A stretch of 64,000 bases of DNA from an uncultured Actinomycetota bacterium (GTDB lineage: Bacteria; Actinomycetota; Acidimicrobiia; Spongiisociales; UBA5794), in assembly GCA_963700375.1 (NCBI GenBank), contig CAVOXF010000002.1, positions 198,041-262,040 of the forward strand. Reading direction: 5' to 3'. Of this stretch, positions 1 to 9,391 are shown one piece after another (position 1 is the stretch's first letter; each line of letters opens with the position of its first letter). The notes below the pieces were generated by a model. It was not told the origin of the DNA and searched no databases. It saw only the letters and a list, made by a program, of their open reading frames with translations. The position numbers and the translations under genes were made by a program.

Positions 1-966
1 CATCAAGACCGCTTCGCCGGGTTCGGGCGATGCCTTTGCGGTCTCGGTTGCTGCGTCGATCTCGGCCAGGGCCTCCTGCTCGATACGATCGAGGTCGGCG
101 GCTGCGAAACCCAGATCCTCGAGTCGGCTCCGATAGGTCACGAGCGGATCCTTGTTCATCCAGGCCGCTACCTCTTCGTCCGGGCGGTACTTGCCAGGAT
201 CGGCCCTCGAGTGCCCGTAGTGTCGGTAGGTCTGAGCTTCGATGAGCGCGGGGCCATTGCCCTCGCGCGCCCGCTCGATCGCCACGGCTGCGGTCCGGTA
301 CACCGCGTCGACGTCGTTCCCGTCGACGATGATGCGGTCGAGCCCGTAGGCGGACGCGCGGTCAGCGGCCGGGTTCGGGACTGCGGTCACAGTGGAGATC
401 GGCGTGTACTCCATGTACAGATTGTTCTCGCAGACGAAGACCACGGGAAGCCCCCACACGGCAGCCATGTTCAAGGACTCGTGGAACGCCCCGATATTGG
501 TGGTTCCGTCACCGAAGAAGCAGATGGTCACCTGCCCGGTGCCCCGTTCCTGCGAAGCCCAGGCAGTACCCGCTGCGACCGGGAGGTGGGCTCCGACGAT
601 GGCGTATGAGCCCATGGCATGTTGAGCGACGTCTGTGAGGTGCATTGATCCGCCCTTGCCCCCACAACACCCGCTTTCGCGTCCCAGTAGCTCTCCCATG
701 AGCGAATCCATGGGGGCCCCTCGCAGCAACGTATGGTTGTGGCCACGGTAGGTGCAGAAGACCATGTCATCGTGGCGCATTGCCGCGGAGAATCCTGCAG
801 CGACGGCCTCCTGGCCGGTACCGAGGTGGGTGGTTCCCTTGACAAGCCCGCTCATGAAGAGGTCGTAGGCCCGTTTCTCGAAGACTCGGGCCCGCCACAT
901 GGCGGAGTACATTGCGAGGCGAACCGCAGGTGTGATCTCGGGCCGGGAATCGGGAATGTCGTTCAT
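1..966 (-). CDS. TPP-dependent 2-oxoacid (pyruvate/acetoin-type) dehydrogenase E1 alpha subunit; 3' end runs off the left window edge
   Basis: Absent from the ORF track because there is no stop inside the window. My translation from ATG 964-966 (AAGGAG 6 nt upstream) reads MNDIPDSRPEITPAVRLAMYSAMWRARVFEKRAYDLF...GTGQEAVAAGF...FFGDGTTNIGAFHESLNMAAVWGLPVVFVCENNLYMEY...YRHYGHSRADP. It contains the GDG...NN thiamine-diphosphate motif and stays open for all 322 codons down to base 1. Confidence 0.85.
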   Translation of the reverse strand, partial: MNDIPDSRPEITPAVRLAMYSAMWRARVFEKRAYDLFMSGLVKGTTHLGTGQEAVAAGFSAAMRHDDMVFCTYRGHNHTLLRGAPMDSLMGELLGRESGCCGGKGGSMHLTDVAQHAMGSYAIVGAHLPVAAGTAWASQERGTGQVTICFFGDGTTNIGAFHESLNMAAVWGLPVVFVCENNLYMEYTPISTVTAVPNPAADRASAYGLDRIIVDGNDVDAVYRTAAVAIERAREGNGPALIEAQTYRHYGHSRADPGKYRPDEEVAAWMNKDPLVTYRSRLEDLGFAAADLDRIEQEALAEIDAATETAKASPEPGEAVLM

Positions 967-1053
967 CGACGTCTCCTTGGGCTGCGGGCGAAAGGGGAAC
1001 GGCGAGCCTACAGCCACAGGCCCTCCGGTTCGTGATTGATCGACCATTTCCGT

Positions 1054-1069
1054 ATCATCGATTATCGAA
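1054..1069. promoter_or_regulatory. Candidate operator ATCATCGATTATCGAA in the divergent E1-alpha / MFS intergenic region
   Basis: 15 of 16 nt identical to 7491-7506. The core TCGAT-T-ATCGA is a 5-1-5 palindrome. It lies 88-103 nt upstream of the E1-alpha ATG and 79-94 nt upstream of the MFS ATG. Confidence 0.4.
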
Positions 1070-1147
1070 GATTAGCGGCAACCGGGCTGAAAGGTCCATT
1101 TCGGGTGTCCATGTCGATCCCTCACCCGAGCGAGAACTGAGATAGCG

Positions 1148-2353
1148 ATGAGCGTTCGGCCAACTCCATCCTCAGCGAGCCTTTCGGCCATCCAGTGGAG
1201 AGTGATCGCCGCCTCGATTCTCACGATCACCGTTGCCATTCTTCCCGGATTCCTCCCGGGAGCCCTCGCTGTCCAACTGTCGGACTCCCTCGGCATCGCG
1301 GAGGCCGGGGTCGGGCTGATCGTGGGGGCGTTCTTCGGCATGTCGGCGCTTGCCTCGTCACGTCTCGGTCGGCTCGTGGAGCGCCTGGATTGGTCGTTGG
1401 CGATGCGGATCGCGGGACTCGGGGCGGCGGCAACCCTGCTCCTGACGTCGGTCCTCGGGAGATCAGTGGTGATGCTGGGCATTGTGACGATCATCGGAGG
1501 CCTCTTCCTTGCCCTCGCCCACCCGGCCGTCAATCTCGGAATTGCCAGAACCACGGTCGTTCGCCGCCAGGGACTGGCCTACGGGTTCAAACACGGGGCG
1601 ATCCCGGCAGCGACTGCCATCGCCGGGCTTGGCCTCCCCATTGTGGCGATCCCGCTTGGATGGCAGTGGGTTTACGTGCTGTGCGCGGTCCTCGCCCTCG
1701 TTGCGGTTCTGCTGGTTCCCCGCTCACCCGAGTCCTACGAGGTCGACCGCGTCGATACGAAGGAGAGCGCCACGCCTGCGGTCCGCAGTTCGCCGCTGTC
1801 GCTCCTCGTGGTGATGGCGGTCGGTGCCGGGCTCGGAATCTTCGGTATGGACGCCCTCGCCACGTTCCTGGTCCCGTACGCGGTCGATGTCGGCTTCGGC
1901 GAGGGCACAGCCGGAGTTCTCCTCGCGGCAGGGAGTGTGCTTGGCATCATCACGCGCATCATCATGGGATGGCTGATCGACCGCCGCACCGCCGGGGGTC
2001 TGGCCACCGTTGTCACGTTCCTCGCACTCGGAGCGGCAGGCATCGCTCTGCTCGCCACCGGATCCGACCCGGCGATCATCATCGGATCACTGGTCGCGTT
2101 CACGTTCGGCTGGGGCTGGTCGGGGCTCTTCACCTTCGCCATCGTCCGCCGCAACCCTGCCGCTCCTGCCGCGGCAACCGGGATCACGATGACCGGCATC
2201 TATGTCGGCGCAGCAGCTGGACCCGCGTTGTTCGGTCTCGTGGCGGAGGCATCCTTCACGGCAGCATGGGTCATCATGAGCACAGCCCTCGCACTCGGTG
2301 CGGTCCTGATGGCGGTGGCGCTGCTCAGGGAAGGAAGCCCGCCGGCGTCGTAG
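1148..2353 (+). CDS. MFS transporter
   Basis: 401-aa ORF that is hydrophobic throughout, with about 12 helices. It has an MFS motif-A-like loop ...ALASSRLGRLVERLDW. It is a paralog of the neighbouring gene 2325-3509. Confidence 0.8.
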   Translation: MSVRPTPSSASLSAIQWRVIAASILTITVAILPGFLPGALAVQLSDSLGIAEAGVGLIVGAFFGMSALASSRLGRLVERLDWSLAMRIAGLGAAATLLLTSVLGRSVVMLGIVTIIGGLFLALAHPAVNLGIARTTVVRRQGLAYGFKHGAIPAATAIAGLGLPIVAIPLGWQWVYVLCAVLALVAVLLVPRSPESYEVDRVDTKESATPAVRSSPLSLLVVMAVGAGLGIFGMDALATFLVPYAVDVGFGEGTAGVLLAAGSVLGIITRIIMGWLIDRRTAGGLATVVTFLALGAAGIALLATGSDPAIIIGSLVAFTFGWGWSGLFTFAIVRRNPAAPAAATGITMTGIYVGAAAGPALFGLVAEASFTAAWVIMSTALALGAVLMAVALLREGSPPAS

Positions 2354-3509
2354 GCGTTGTCGGGCGCTGGTTCCGCACGTAGAGGATCAGTCCGGCGGCG
2401 ATGAGCAGGGCGCCGGTCGACATCCAGAACGCCGCACCGAACGACACGCGGTCTGCGACGACACCAAAGACCAGCGGCCCTATCGCAGCCCCGAGGAACT
2501 TCCCAGTCTGGGCAACGCCCCATGCCGCGGCCGGCGCCTCCGGGTTGTCCTTGACCACAGCGAATGTGAAGATCCCCGACCAGCCCCAGCCGGCGGTGAA
2601 GCCGATCAACGCACCAATGAGTAGGCCCGGGTAGCCCCCGAGATTCAAGATGACCAGTCCGAGGGCACCGGCGACCATCATTGACGCGATCACGGTGAAG
2701 TCGGCCTGTGCCATCCGATCGATGAGACGTCCGGCAACGAGGCGGGCGATGATTCCGAGGAGGCCGCCGATCGAAAGGAGCACGCCGGCGATCTGCTCTT
2801 CGACGCCGATCGAGACCGAGTAGCTGACGAAGAACGATCCAAGCGGGTCCAACGCCCCGATACCGAGGCCGACGGCGACGGCGAGCACCACGAGGAGGCG
2901 CATCGGGGTGGTGGGTTTCCCGACGGCCCTTCCGGCTTCGGTTCGCGGGGGAGTGAGCGTGTATGGCTCCTCCTGCCCGGGGATGAACGCTGCGGTCGCG
3001 ACGGCGAGAACTGCGGCGGCGACGAACGCCCAGCGCCACCCGACGGTCAGCGCCAGGATCGGCACGGCGAGTCCGGCGAGGAACATCGCGGCCGGAACGC
3101 AGGCGTGCTTGATCCCGAGCACCCAACCGTGGCGTTGTGGCACGACACAGCGCGCGATCGTGAGGTTGGAGGCCGTCTGTGTGAGCGAGCTTCCGACTCC
3201 TGCGATGCCGAGCGAGATCCCGATCACAGCGACCGAGCTACCGAGCAAGCCGATTGCACCGAGCGCAACGGCGGAGAGCATCGTGGAGATCCGCAGGCCG
3301 TTCGCCCACCCCACCCGCTCCGAGAGGCGACCTGCTGCCGGAGAGACCAGTGCCGCCATGCCGAAGAACAGGCCGATGATGAAACCGAGCCCGGTGAGGG
3401 TCAGACCCGTGTCGGCGCCGATCTGCACGACGAGGGCGGCTGTCAGAAAGCTCGGCAGCATCGCGACGATCGTCGCCACGAGGGCTGGCGCAACCCCGCG
3501 CCATTCCAC
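2325..3509 (-). CDS. MFS transporter (paralog of 1148-2353)
   Basis: 394-aa polytopic ORF with the loop ...VSPAAGRLSERVGW. It aligns along its length with the 1148-2353 product. The two genes converge and their 3' ends overlap by 29 nt. Confidence 0.8.
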   Translation of the reverse strand: MEWRGVAPALVATIVAMLPSFLTAALVVQIGADTGLTLTGLGFIIGLFFGMAALVSPAAGRLSERVGWANGLRISTMLSAVALGAIGLLGSSVAVIGISLGIAGVGSSLTQTASNLTIARCVVPQRHGWVLGIKHACVPAAMFLAGLAVPILALTVGWRWAFVAAAVLAVATAAFIPGQEEPYTLTPPRTEAGRAVGKPTTPMRLLVVLAVAVGLGIGALDPLGSFFVSYSVSIGVEEQIAGVLLSIGGLLGIIARLVAGRLIDRMAQADFTVIASMMVAGALGLVILNLGGYPGLLIGALIGFTAGWGWSGIFTFAVVKDNPEAPAAAWGVAQTGKFLGAAIGPLVFGVVADRVSFGAAFWMSTGALLIAAGLILYVRNQRPTTPTTPAGFLP

Positions 3510-3544
3510 GGCGGCAGGCGCGGACTTCCCGGCGACTTCGGGTC

Positions 3545-4396
3545 CTATGAGGTGAGCTTGTCGTAGAGAGAGCCGGCGTTGTACGAGTTGATGTAGTCCA
3601 TCATGTACTCCTGGCCGATATCGACCGGGTACCGGCTCTTGAACTCAACTCTCTCGACCGTCTCTTCCCGCGTCCAGCCCTTTGCGATGGCTACAGCGAC
3701 TGCCGTCTTCCACTCCATCAGCATCGCCCGCTGGTTCGCAAGGTACGCCTTGGTTGTGACCGGTCCGTGGCCGGGGATCACGGAGTCGACGTCGAGTTCG
3801 GCGATCCGGTCGAGAGCGGTGATCCACTCGTCGACGTTCGACGTCATCAGCCACGTCTGGCACTCGCTGAAGATCGTGTCGCCGGTGAAGACCGCCCGCT
3901 CCTCGGGGCAGTAGACCGCGATCTGGCCGGGCGTGTGGCCGGGGGTGTGTAGCAGCTCGAACGTGTGGTCGCCGACGCGAAGCGTCAAGTCTCCCGTGAA
4001 CACGATCTGGCCCTTGTTGGGATCCGAGTAGTAGACGTCGCGGTCCGGGAAGATCGCCTCGCCTTCCGGATCGTCGGTCGGCAGAGCCTCTTTTGCATAC
4101 GCGAATGGGTCGAGTTCCGGGCCGACCACCATGAAGTTGTCGTAGACGCCTTGATGGTGGACGACCGTCGGGCCGCCCTTGAAGTAGTAGTTGCCGAAGA
4201 TGTGATCGACGTGATGCTCGGTGTTGATCAGGTAGCGGAGTGTCCCGTAGGACTCCGCCATCTCTCGCATCTCGACGGCCTTGGTCGGCAGCTGTGGTGT
4301 ATCGACGATGACAACGCCGTCCGACGTCACCACGAAGCTGGGATTGCATCCCCGGACCTTGGTCTCGGTGAAGATGGTGGGTGTGACATTCTCCAT
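3545..4396 (-). CDS. MBL-fold metallo-hydrolase
   Basis: 283 aa with the HxHxDH motif in ...INTEHHVDHIFG... and later His/Asp ligands (HTPGHTPG, PGHGP). Confidence 0.85.
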   Translation of the reverse strand: MENVTPTIFTETKVRGCNPSFVVTSDGVVIVDTPQLPTKAVEMREMAESYGTLRYLINTEHHVDHIFGNYYFKGGPTVVHHQGVYDNFMVVGPELDPFAYAKEALPTDDPEGEAIFPDRDVYYSDPNKGQIVFTGDLTLRVGDHTFELLHTPGHTPGQIAVYCPEERAVFTGDTIFSECQTWLMTSNVDEWITALDRIAELDVDSVIPGHGPVTTKAYLANQRAMLMEWKTAVAVAIAKGWTREETVERVEFKSRYPVDIGQEYMMDYINSYNAGSLYDKLTS

Positions 4397-4417
4397 GGGG
4401 AGGCCTCTCGTTTCGTT

Positions 4418-5200
4418 CTACTGAGTTGCCGTCAGTCCGCCGTCGATCCCGAGGATCTGACCCGTCACGAAGGATGACGCATCGGATGCGAAAAGCACAA
4501 CCGGGCCGACGAGATCGCTCGGTTCTCCGACCCGACCGAGCGGGATGCGGCTCACGACGCTGGCTCTGAAATCCGGATCCTCGAGGAGCATCGCAACCTG
4601 CGGCGTGTCGACGAACGTTGGAGCGATAGCGTTGACGGTGATGCCGTACTTTGCCCACTCCGTGGCCCACTGACGCGTGAGGGAGCTGATCGCACCCTTG
4701 GCCGCCACATAGGCCGAGTAGCCGGCGTTGATGCCGAGGTTCGCGCGAACTGAGGATATGTTGATCACCCGTCCGCCGTTCCCTGCTGCGATCATTGCCT
4801 TGACCGCGGCCTGGGTGGGGAGGACCGTGGCGCGAAGGTTCAACTCCATGATCCAATCCCACTCCGGGATGGGATAGTCCTGAGCGTCGAACAGGACCTT
4901 TCCTGCGCCGCCGCCGACGGCGTTGATGATGACGTCGACATGACCGAAGTGATCGACGGTGGCGGCGACCGCCCGATCGGCGCCTTCTGTGGTCGTGAGG
5001 TCGGCGGCGATCGCGAGTGGTTCGGACCCCGCCGCACGGATGCGGCTGCAGGATCGCTCGAGGCCGTCGCCGTCACGGTCGACGACGGCCACTCGTGCGC
5101 CGGCCTCGCAGACACCCAGAGCGAGAGCGGAGCCGATGCCGCCGCTCCCGCCCGGAATCATGACGACCTTCCCATCCAGCTTGAACATCTCGATACTCAT
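4418..5200 (-). CDS. SDR family oxidoreductase
   Basis: The track ORF 4418-5413 was trimmed to the internal ATG at 5198-5200 (GGAAAGGA upstream). Product starts MSIEMFKLDGKVVMIPGGSGGIGSALA (TGxxxGxG-type Rossmann motif) and carries the YxxxK catalytic motif (YVAAK). Confidence 0.85.
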   Translation of the reverse strand: MSIEMFKLDGKVVMIPGGSGGIGSALALGVCEAGARVAVVDRDGDGLERSCSRIRAAGSEPLAIAADLTTTEGADRAVAATVDHFGHVDVIINAVGGGAGKVLFDAQDYPIPEWDWIMELNLRATVLPTQAAVKAMIAAGNGGRVINISSVRANLGINAGYSAYVAAKGAISSLTRQWATEWAKYGITVNAIAPTFVDTPQVAMLLEDPDFRASVVSRIPLGRVGEPSDLVGPVVLFASDASSFVTGQILGIDGGLTATQ

Positions 5201-5234
5201 TGGCGTCCTTTCCGAGAGGTCGTTGTCCAGTTGT

Positions 5235-6182
5235 CTAGCGGTTCTCGACGGCGCCCTTGATCGCCGCTGCAGTCTTCTCCGCGGAGATCCCGTACTTGTC
5301 GAGGAGGGGACCGTCGGGACCCGACTCGCCGAACACGTCCTGGATCCCATGGATGACCATCGGGGTCGGCGCGTTGACCGCGAGCGCCTCAGCGATTGCC
5401 CCACCGAGGCCACCGATCACGGTGTGCTCTTCGGTGGTGACGACGAGACCGGTCTTCTTCGCAGCGGCGACGACGGTCTCGATGTCGAGCGGCTTCACCG
5501 TGGGGACATGGACGAGATGTACGTCGACACCCTCGGCCGCGAGGGCTTCGGCGGCCTCGAACGCACGAGCCGTCTGGGTCCCCGTGGAGAACACGGTGAC
5601 GTCGGTGCCCTCACGGACCACGACGGCCTTGCCGAGGACGAACTCGTAGTCGTCGTCGAAGATGATCGGCGTGTCGGGACGGTTGAGCCGGAAGTAGACC
5701 GGACCGTCGTACTCGATGATCGCCTTGAGGGCGCTGCGAGTCTCGACCTCGTCAACCGGTGCGACGACGGTCATGTTGGCCATGGCCCTCATGATCGAGA
5801 TGTCGTCGAACATCAGGTGCGTCTTGCCGGTCATGCCGGCGAGCAGACCGGCGTAGCCGCCCATCATCTTCACATTGGCCTTCGGCTGGGCGATCAGGAC
5901 CCGGATCGAGTCATGGGCCCGCGACACGATGAAGCATGAGAACGTGCTGACGATCGGCACCAGGCCGAGCGTCGCCATCCCTGCGGCCATGCCGAGCATG
6001 TTCTGCTCGGTGATCCCCATCTGGAAGAAGCGGTCCGGGTATGCAGCCTCGAACAGCGACGTGAACGTGGAACTGCCGGTGTCGCCGTCGAGGACGACGA
6101 TGCGCTTGTCGGTCTCCGCGAGTTCGGTGATCGTCTCACCGAACGCCAGGCGAAGGGACTTCCCTTTGGCAAGCGTCGTCAC
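5235..6182 (-). CDS. Transketolase, C-terminal (pyrimidine-binding) subunit of a split enzyme
   Basis: 315 aa containing ...FFQMGITEQNMLGMAAGMATLGLVPIVSTFSCF... It overlaps the upstream N-terminal subunit gene by 4 nt. Confidence 0.9.
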   Translation of the reverse strand: MTTLAKGKSLRLAFGETITELAETDKRIVVLDGDTGSSTFTSLFEAAYPDRFFQMGITEQNMLGMAAGMATLGLVPIVSTFSCFIVSRAHDSIRVLIAQPKANVKMMGGYAGLLAGMTGKTHLMFDDISIMRAMANMTVVAPVDEVETRSALKAIIEYDGPVYFRLNRPDTPIIFDDDYEFVLGKAVVVREGTDVTVFSTGTQTARAFEAAEALAAEGVDVHLVHVPTVKPLDIETVVAAAKKTGLVVTTEEHTVIGGLGGAIAEALAVNAPTPMVIHGIQDVFGESGPDGPLLDKYGISAEKTAAAIKGAVENR

Positions 6183-7051
6183 GCTGCACCTCCTTCAGTC
6201 TCACCAAGTTCTTCCATGGCGAGGGCGAATTCCTCGTCGTTCGGCACCCTGCTGTGCCATGTGTAATCGCCCTCCATGTAGGAGACGCCCTTGCCCTTCA
6301 CGGTGTGGGCAATCACGGCGACGGGGCCGTCTTCGAAGTCCCGCGCCGCCGCGAGGGTGGCGAGGACTTCCGGGATGTCGTGCCCGTCCATCTCCATGAC
6401 TTCCCAGCCAAAGGCCCGCCAGCGGTCGGCGAGCTGGGTGCCGGTGTACGGCGTGATGCGATCTTCGAGAGACTCGCCGGTCCAGCCGAACTGCTGCAGC
6501 TTGTTGTGGTCCACGATGGCGACGATGTTGTCGAGGGCATATCGGGCAGCCACATGGGCGCCTTCCCACACGACGCCTTCGTTGCACTCGCCGTCACCGA
6601 GCATCACGTAGGTCGTGAAGTCACGGCCTTCGACGCGGGCGCCGAGTGCGATGCCGAGGGCCCCGGCGAAACCGAGTCCGAGCGAACCGGACGACATGTC
6701 GACACCGGGGGTGATCGTCATGTCGGGATGCCCTTGGAGACGCGAGTCGATCGAGTCGAACGTCAGGAGTTCTTCGACCGGGAAGTAGCCGCGCAGCGCA
6801 AGCATCGTGTAGAGGGCAATCGAGCTGTGTCCCTTCGAGAGGATGAACCGGTCGCGGTCGGGCCAGTCCGGCTCGTCCGGCCGAACGTCCATGATGCCGA
6901 AGTACAGAGCAGCCAGCATATCTGCGGCGGAGTAGGGGCCACCCACGTGGCCGCCGCCTGCGTGCTTGACCGCCTCCAGAATCCGGACCCGCGCCTGGCG
7001 GGCGAACTCCGCCATGTCGTCGGGGGAGTAGGTGGTCGCGATATCAGTCAT
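6179..7051 (-). CDS. Transketolase, N-terminal (TPP-binding) subunit of a split enzyme
   Basis: 290 aa containing GGHVGGPYSAADMLAALYF, SKGHSSIALY, and GDGECNEGVVWEGAHVAARYALDNIVAIVDHNKLQ (GDG...N TPP motif). Confidence 0.9.
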   Translation of the reverse strand: MTDIATTYSPDDMAEFARQARVRILEAVKHAGGGHVGGPYSAADMLAALYFGIMDVRPDEPDWPDRDRFILSKGHSSIALYTMLALRGYFPVEELLTFDSIDSRLQGHPDMTITPGVDMSSGSLGLGFAGALGIALGARVEGRDFTTYVMLGDGECNEGVVWEGAHVAARYALDNIVAIVDHNKLQQFGWTGESLEDRITPYTGTQLADRWRAFGWEVMEMDGHDIPEVLATLAAARDFEDGPVAVIAHTVKGKGVSYMEGDYTWHSRVPNDEEFALAMEELGETEGGAA

Positions 7052-7078
7052 CGATGGTGCCCTCCGTTGGCTGGATGA

Positions 7079-7441
7079 TTACTTGTCGTCTTCGTAGGAC
7101 CCGGGGATCACCGGGGGACCGAAGGAGGTCACCATCTCGAGGTTTCCGGGGCCGCGTGAAACCGTTTGGTGATGGAGACCGATCGGGATGAAGACCGCAG
7201 TGCCCGGTTCGAGGGCGACGGTGCCTTCGGGGGTGACCAGTTCGCCGTGGCCGGCCGTAATGTAGATCGTCTCTTCCTGGGTGGGGTGGACGTGGCCCTC
7301 CGGGGCTGAGCCCGCGGGGAATACTGAGAATCCGACGGTCAGATGCTCGGCGCCGGTCAGAGCCGGCCCGCTGTAGTGGTACCACTTCCGCCCGGGGAGT
7401 TCGAAGAGTTCCGCTTCGTCTCTGGTGACGGCCTTGAGCAT
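7079..7441 (-). CDS. Cupin domain protein
   Basis: Track ORF 7079-7495 trimmed to ATG 7439-7441 (GAGGTG 5 nt upstream). Product MLKAVTRDEAELFELPGRKWYHYSG... has cupin His motifs (GHVHPTQEET...FIPIGLHHQ). Confidence 0.7.
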   Translation of the reverse strand: MLKAVTRDEAELFELPGRKWYHYSGPALTGAEHLTVGFSVFPAGSAPEGHVHPTQEETIYITAGHGELVTPEGTVALEPGTAVFIPIGLHHQTVSRGPGNLEMVTSFGPPVIPGSYEDDK

Positions 7442-7490
7442 GCTGCACCTCGCAGTTCGTCGAGACGTTCCGGGTGCACCGGTACTCCCG

Positions 7491-7506
7491 ATCATCGATT
7501 ATCGAT
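7491..7506. promoter_or_regulatory. Candidate operator ATCATCGATTATCGAT upstream of the cupin-transketolase-SDR-MBL operon
   Basis: Second copy of the 1054-1069 motif. Here the core ATCGAT-T-ATCGAT (7494-7506) is a perfect 6-1-6 palindrome. It lies 50-65 nt upstream of the cupin ATG. Confidence 0.4.
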
Positions 7507-7679
7507 AACATGAGGATAGTCGTGACGCGTTGACAGGGCAAGATGGGCGATTGCCGCTCCCCGCTTCACTCACGTACCCCTGGGTCCATCTTTACAGGCA
7601 AACCGTCCGACTCGAAATCCGCGCCGTGAAGCGGACGGGCTCCGGCGAACGATTCGATCGATTCGACCATACTGAGCCC

Positions 7680-8168
7680 ATGACCGACGATGCGATTGCT
7701 CAGGCCAGGGACCTCTTCCTCACCGACGACAACGCTCACGGGTGCGCCGAGGCCACGTACATCACGCTCAAGCGCGCCTTTGGACTCCCCGACGCTGAAG
7801 ACTCCTCGGCGGCCATGGCCCTCAACGGCGGTATCGCATACTCGGGGGGTGTGTGCGGCGCGCTCTCGGGCGCAGCCTTGGCGGTTGGTCAACTCGCCGG
7901 CCGGCACATTGCCGACCACAACGAGGCCAAGACGAAGGCGCGAGAATTGATGATGGAGTTGATGGACGAGTTCGAAGGGGAGTTCGGGTCGATCACGTGC
8001 CGGGGGCTCCTCGGCGTCGACCTTCGCGCGCCGGGGGAGCACGACCGCTTCATCGAGTCGGGTATCTGGCAGACGAAATGCATGCGGCAGATCGAGTTCT
8101 CGGTCCAGCGCCTGGCGAGCCTGGAAGCCTCGGACGAATGGGCGGGAGGCCCGTCGGCCGGTCAGTGA
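7680..8168 (+). CDS. C_GCAxxG_C_C-like putative redox protein
   Basis: Track ORF 7530-8168 trimmed to ATG 7680. Product MTDDAIAQARDLFLTDDNAHGCAEATYITL...GGVCGALSGAALAVG...ITCRGLLG...KCMRQIEF. The Cys pattern resembles that family, but the match was judged by eye only. Confidence 0.6.
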   Translation: MTDDAIAQARDLFLTDDNAHGCAEATYITLKRAFGLPDAEDSSAAMALNGGIAYSGGVCGALSGAALAVGQLAGRHIADHNEAKTKARELMMELMDEFEGEFGSITCRGLLGVDLRAPGEHDRFIESGIWQTKCMRQIEFSVQRLASLEASDEWAGGPSAGQ

Positions 8169-9391
8169 GCCGGGCTGGACCCATCTGCTCCGCCCGATGC
8201 CGCGTACTCGTGCGTGAGGAACGCCAGTACACCCTCGACCATCTGCGCCGACTGATATGAGTAGAACATGTCAAAGATGTGCTGCGCTCCCGGGAACTCC
8301 ATGTAGAGAACGCGTGTGTGTGCCCGCTTGTTGAGTTCGTCGACGAACGCTCTGGCCTCGACGACGGGCGCCAGCGTGTCCCTGTCCCCCTGAACGATGA
8401 GGAACGGGGGTACGTCGGGATGAACGCGATCGAGCGGTGACGCCTCGCGAAACCGCTCCGGCTCGTCCGCGATGAACGCCTTTATGACGAGCGGCTCCAT
8501 GAGCATCGAGAGGTACTGATCGCGTTGGGCGCCGAAGCGGTTGGTCGCGTCGTAGACGCCGTAGATCGATACGACGGCCTGCACCGATGTGTCTGCCGAC
8601 TCGAACCCCGGCTGGTAGCAGTCGTCGTTCTCGGTGAGACCGACAAGGGCAGCGAGGTGACCGCCGGCCGACCCGCCGGATACGGCCACAAATGACGGAT
8701 CGGCACCGTACTGCGTCCCGTGCTCGCGGATCCACGCCAGGGCGGCCTTCACGTCGATGAGGTGGTCAGGGAAGGTCGCCCCTGGGCTCAGCCGGTAGTT
8801 GGCGGTGAAGCAGACCCAGCCGTTCCGCGCCATGTGGTGGAGCAGGGGGAGCCCCTGCTCCCGCTTGTCACCGACCGTCCATCCACCACCGTGGATGTAG
8901 AGGAGTGCCGGGCCCCCGGCGGATCCTTTCCGCGGCCGGTAGACATCGAGTTTGAGAACGCGACCGGCGATGCTGCGGTACGGCACGTTCGCGATCTTCT
9001 CGACATCGCGGCCACGAAATGGAGCAGCAAGTACCGTCCGCCACTTCGCGACGGGGATCCCGGTGCGTGCGATGTCGTGGGCGTCGAGCGTGGCATCGAC
9101 GACCTCGCTCGACTTCCTGGTCTTCACCACGAGGAAGGCCGATCCGATCCACGAGGCGACAAGCAGGACCAGCCCGACCCATCCGATCGCGTGGTCGAGT
9201 GCCCCCCACCAGATCAGGAGGCCGGTGATCACGATCTGGAGCGCTACGTGCTGGAGGGGGAGTCCGATCACCAGCCACGACCAGAACATGCTGGGGAACA
9301 ACAACAGCGTTTGCCGGAACGGGCGGAACGCATTGATCGTCGCGGCAGCGGACCAGAGTCCCACGATGACCAACACGATTGCCGGGAACAC
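8162..9391 (-). CDS. Membrane-anchored alpha/beta hydrolase (esterase/lipase type)
   Basis: 409 aa with a GTG start. Three to four N-terminal TM helices are followed by an HGGGW oxyanion motif (LLYIHGGGWTVGD) and a GxSxG nucleophile elbow (VSGGSAGGH). Confidence 0.8.
   Translation of the reverse strand: MFPAIVLVIVGLWSAAATINAFRPFRQTLLLFPSMFWSWLVIGLPLQHVALQIVITGLLIWWGALDHAIGWVGLVLLVASWIGSAFLVVKTRKSSEVVDATLDAHDIARTGIPVAKWRTVLAAPFRGRDVEKIANVPYRSIAGRVLKLDVYRPRKGSAGGPALLYIHGGGWTVGDKREQGLPLLHHMARNGWVCFTANYRLSPGATFPDHLIDVKAALAWIREHGTQYGADPSFVAVSGGSAGGHLAALVGLTENDDCYQPGFESADTSVQAVVSIYGVYDATNRFGAQRDQYLSMLMEPLVIKAFIADEPERFREASPLDRVHPDVPPFLIVQGDRDTLAPVVEARAFVDELNKRAHTRVLYMEFPGAQHIFDMFYSYQSAQMVEGVLAFLTHEYAASGGADGSSPAH

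Noticed and set aside
3645-4862. 405-aa minus-strand ORF spanning the MBL and SDR genes
   Set aside because: It is an Arg/Gly/Pro-rich out-of-frame translation across two genes that each have clear motifs in their own frames.
7530-7679. N-terminal 50-aa extension of the C_GCAxxG-like ORF (TTG start at 7530)
   Set aside because: The extension has no similarity to the family and begins inside a TTGACA promoter-like hexamer. ATG 7680 gives a product of typical length.
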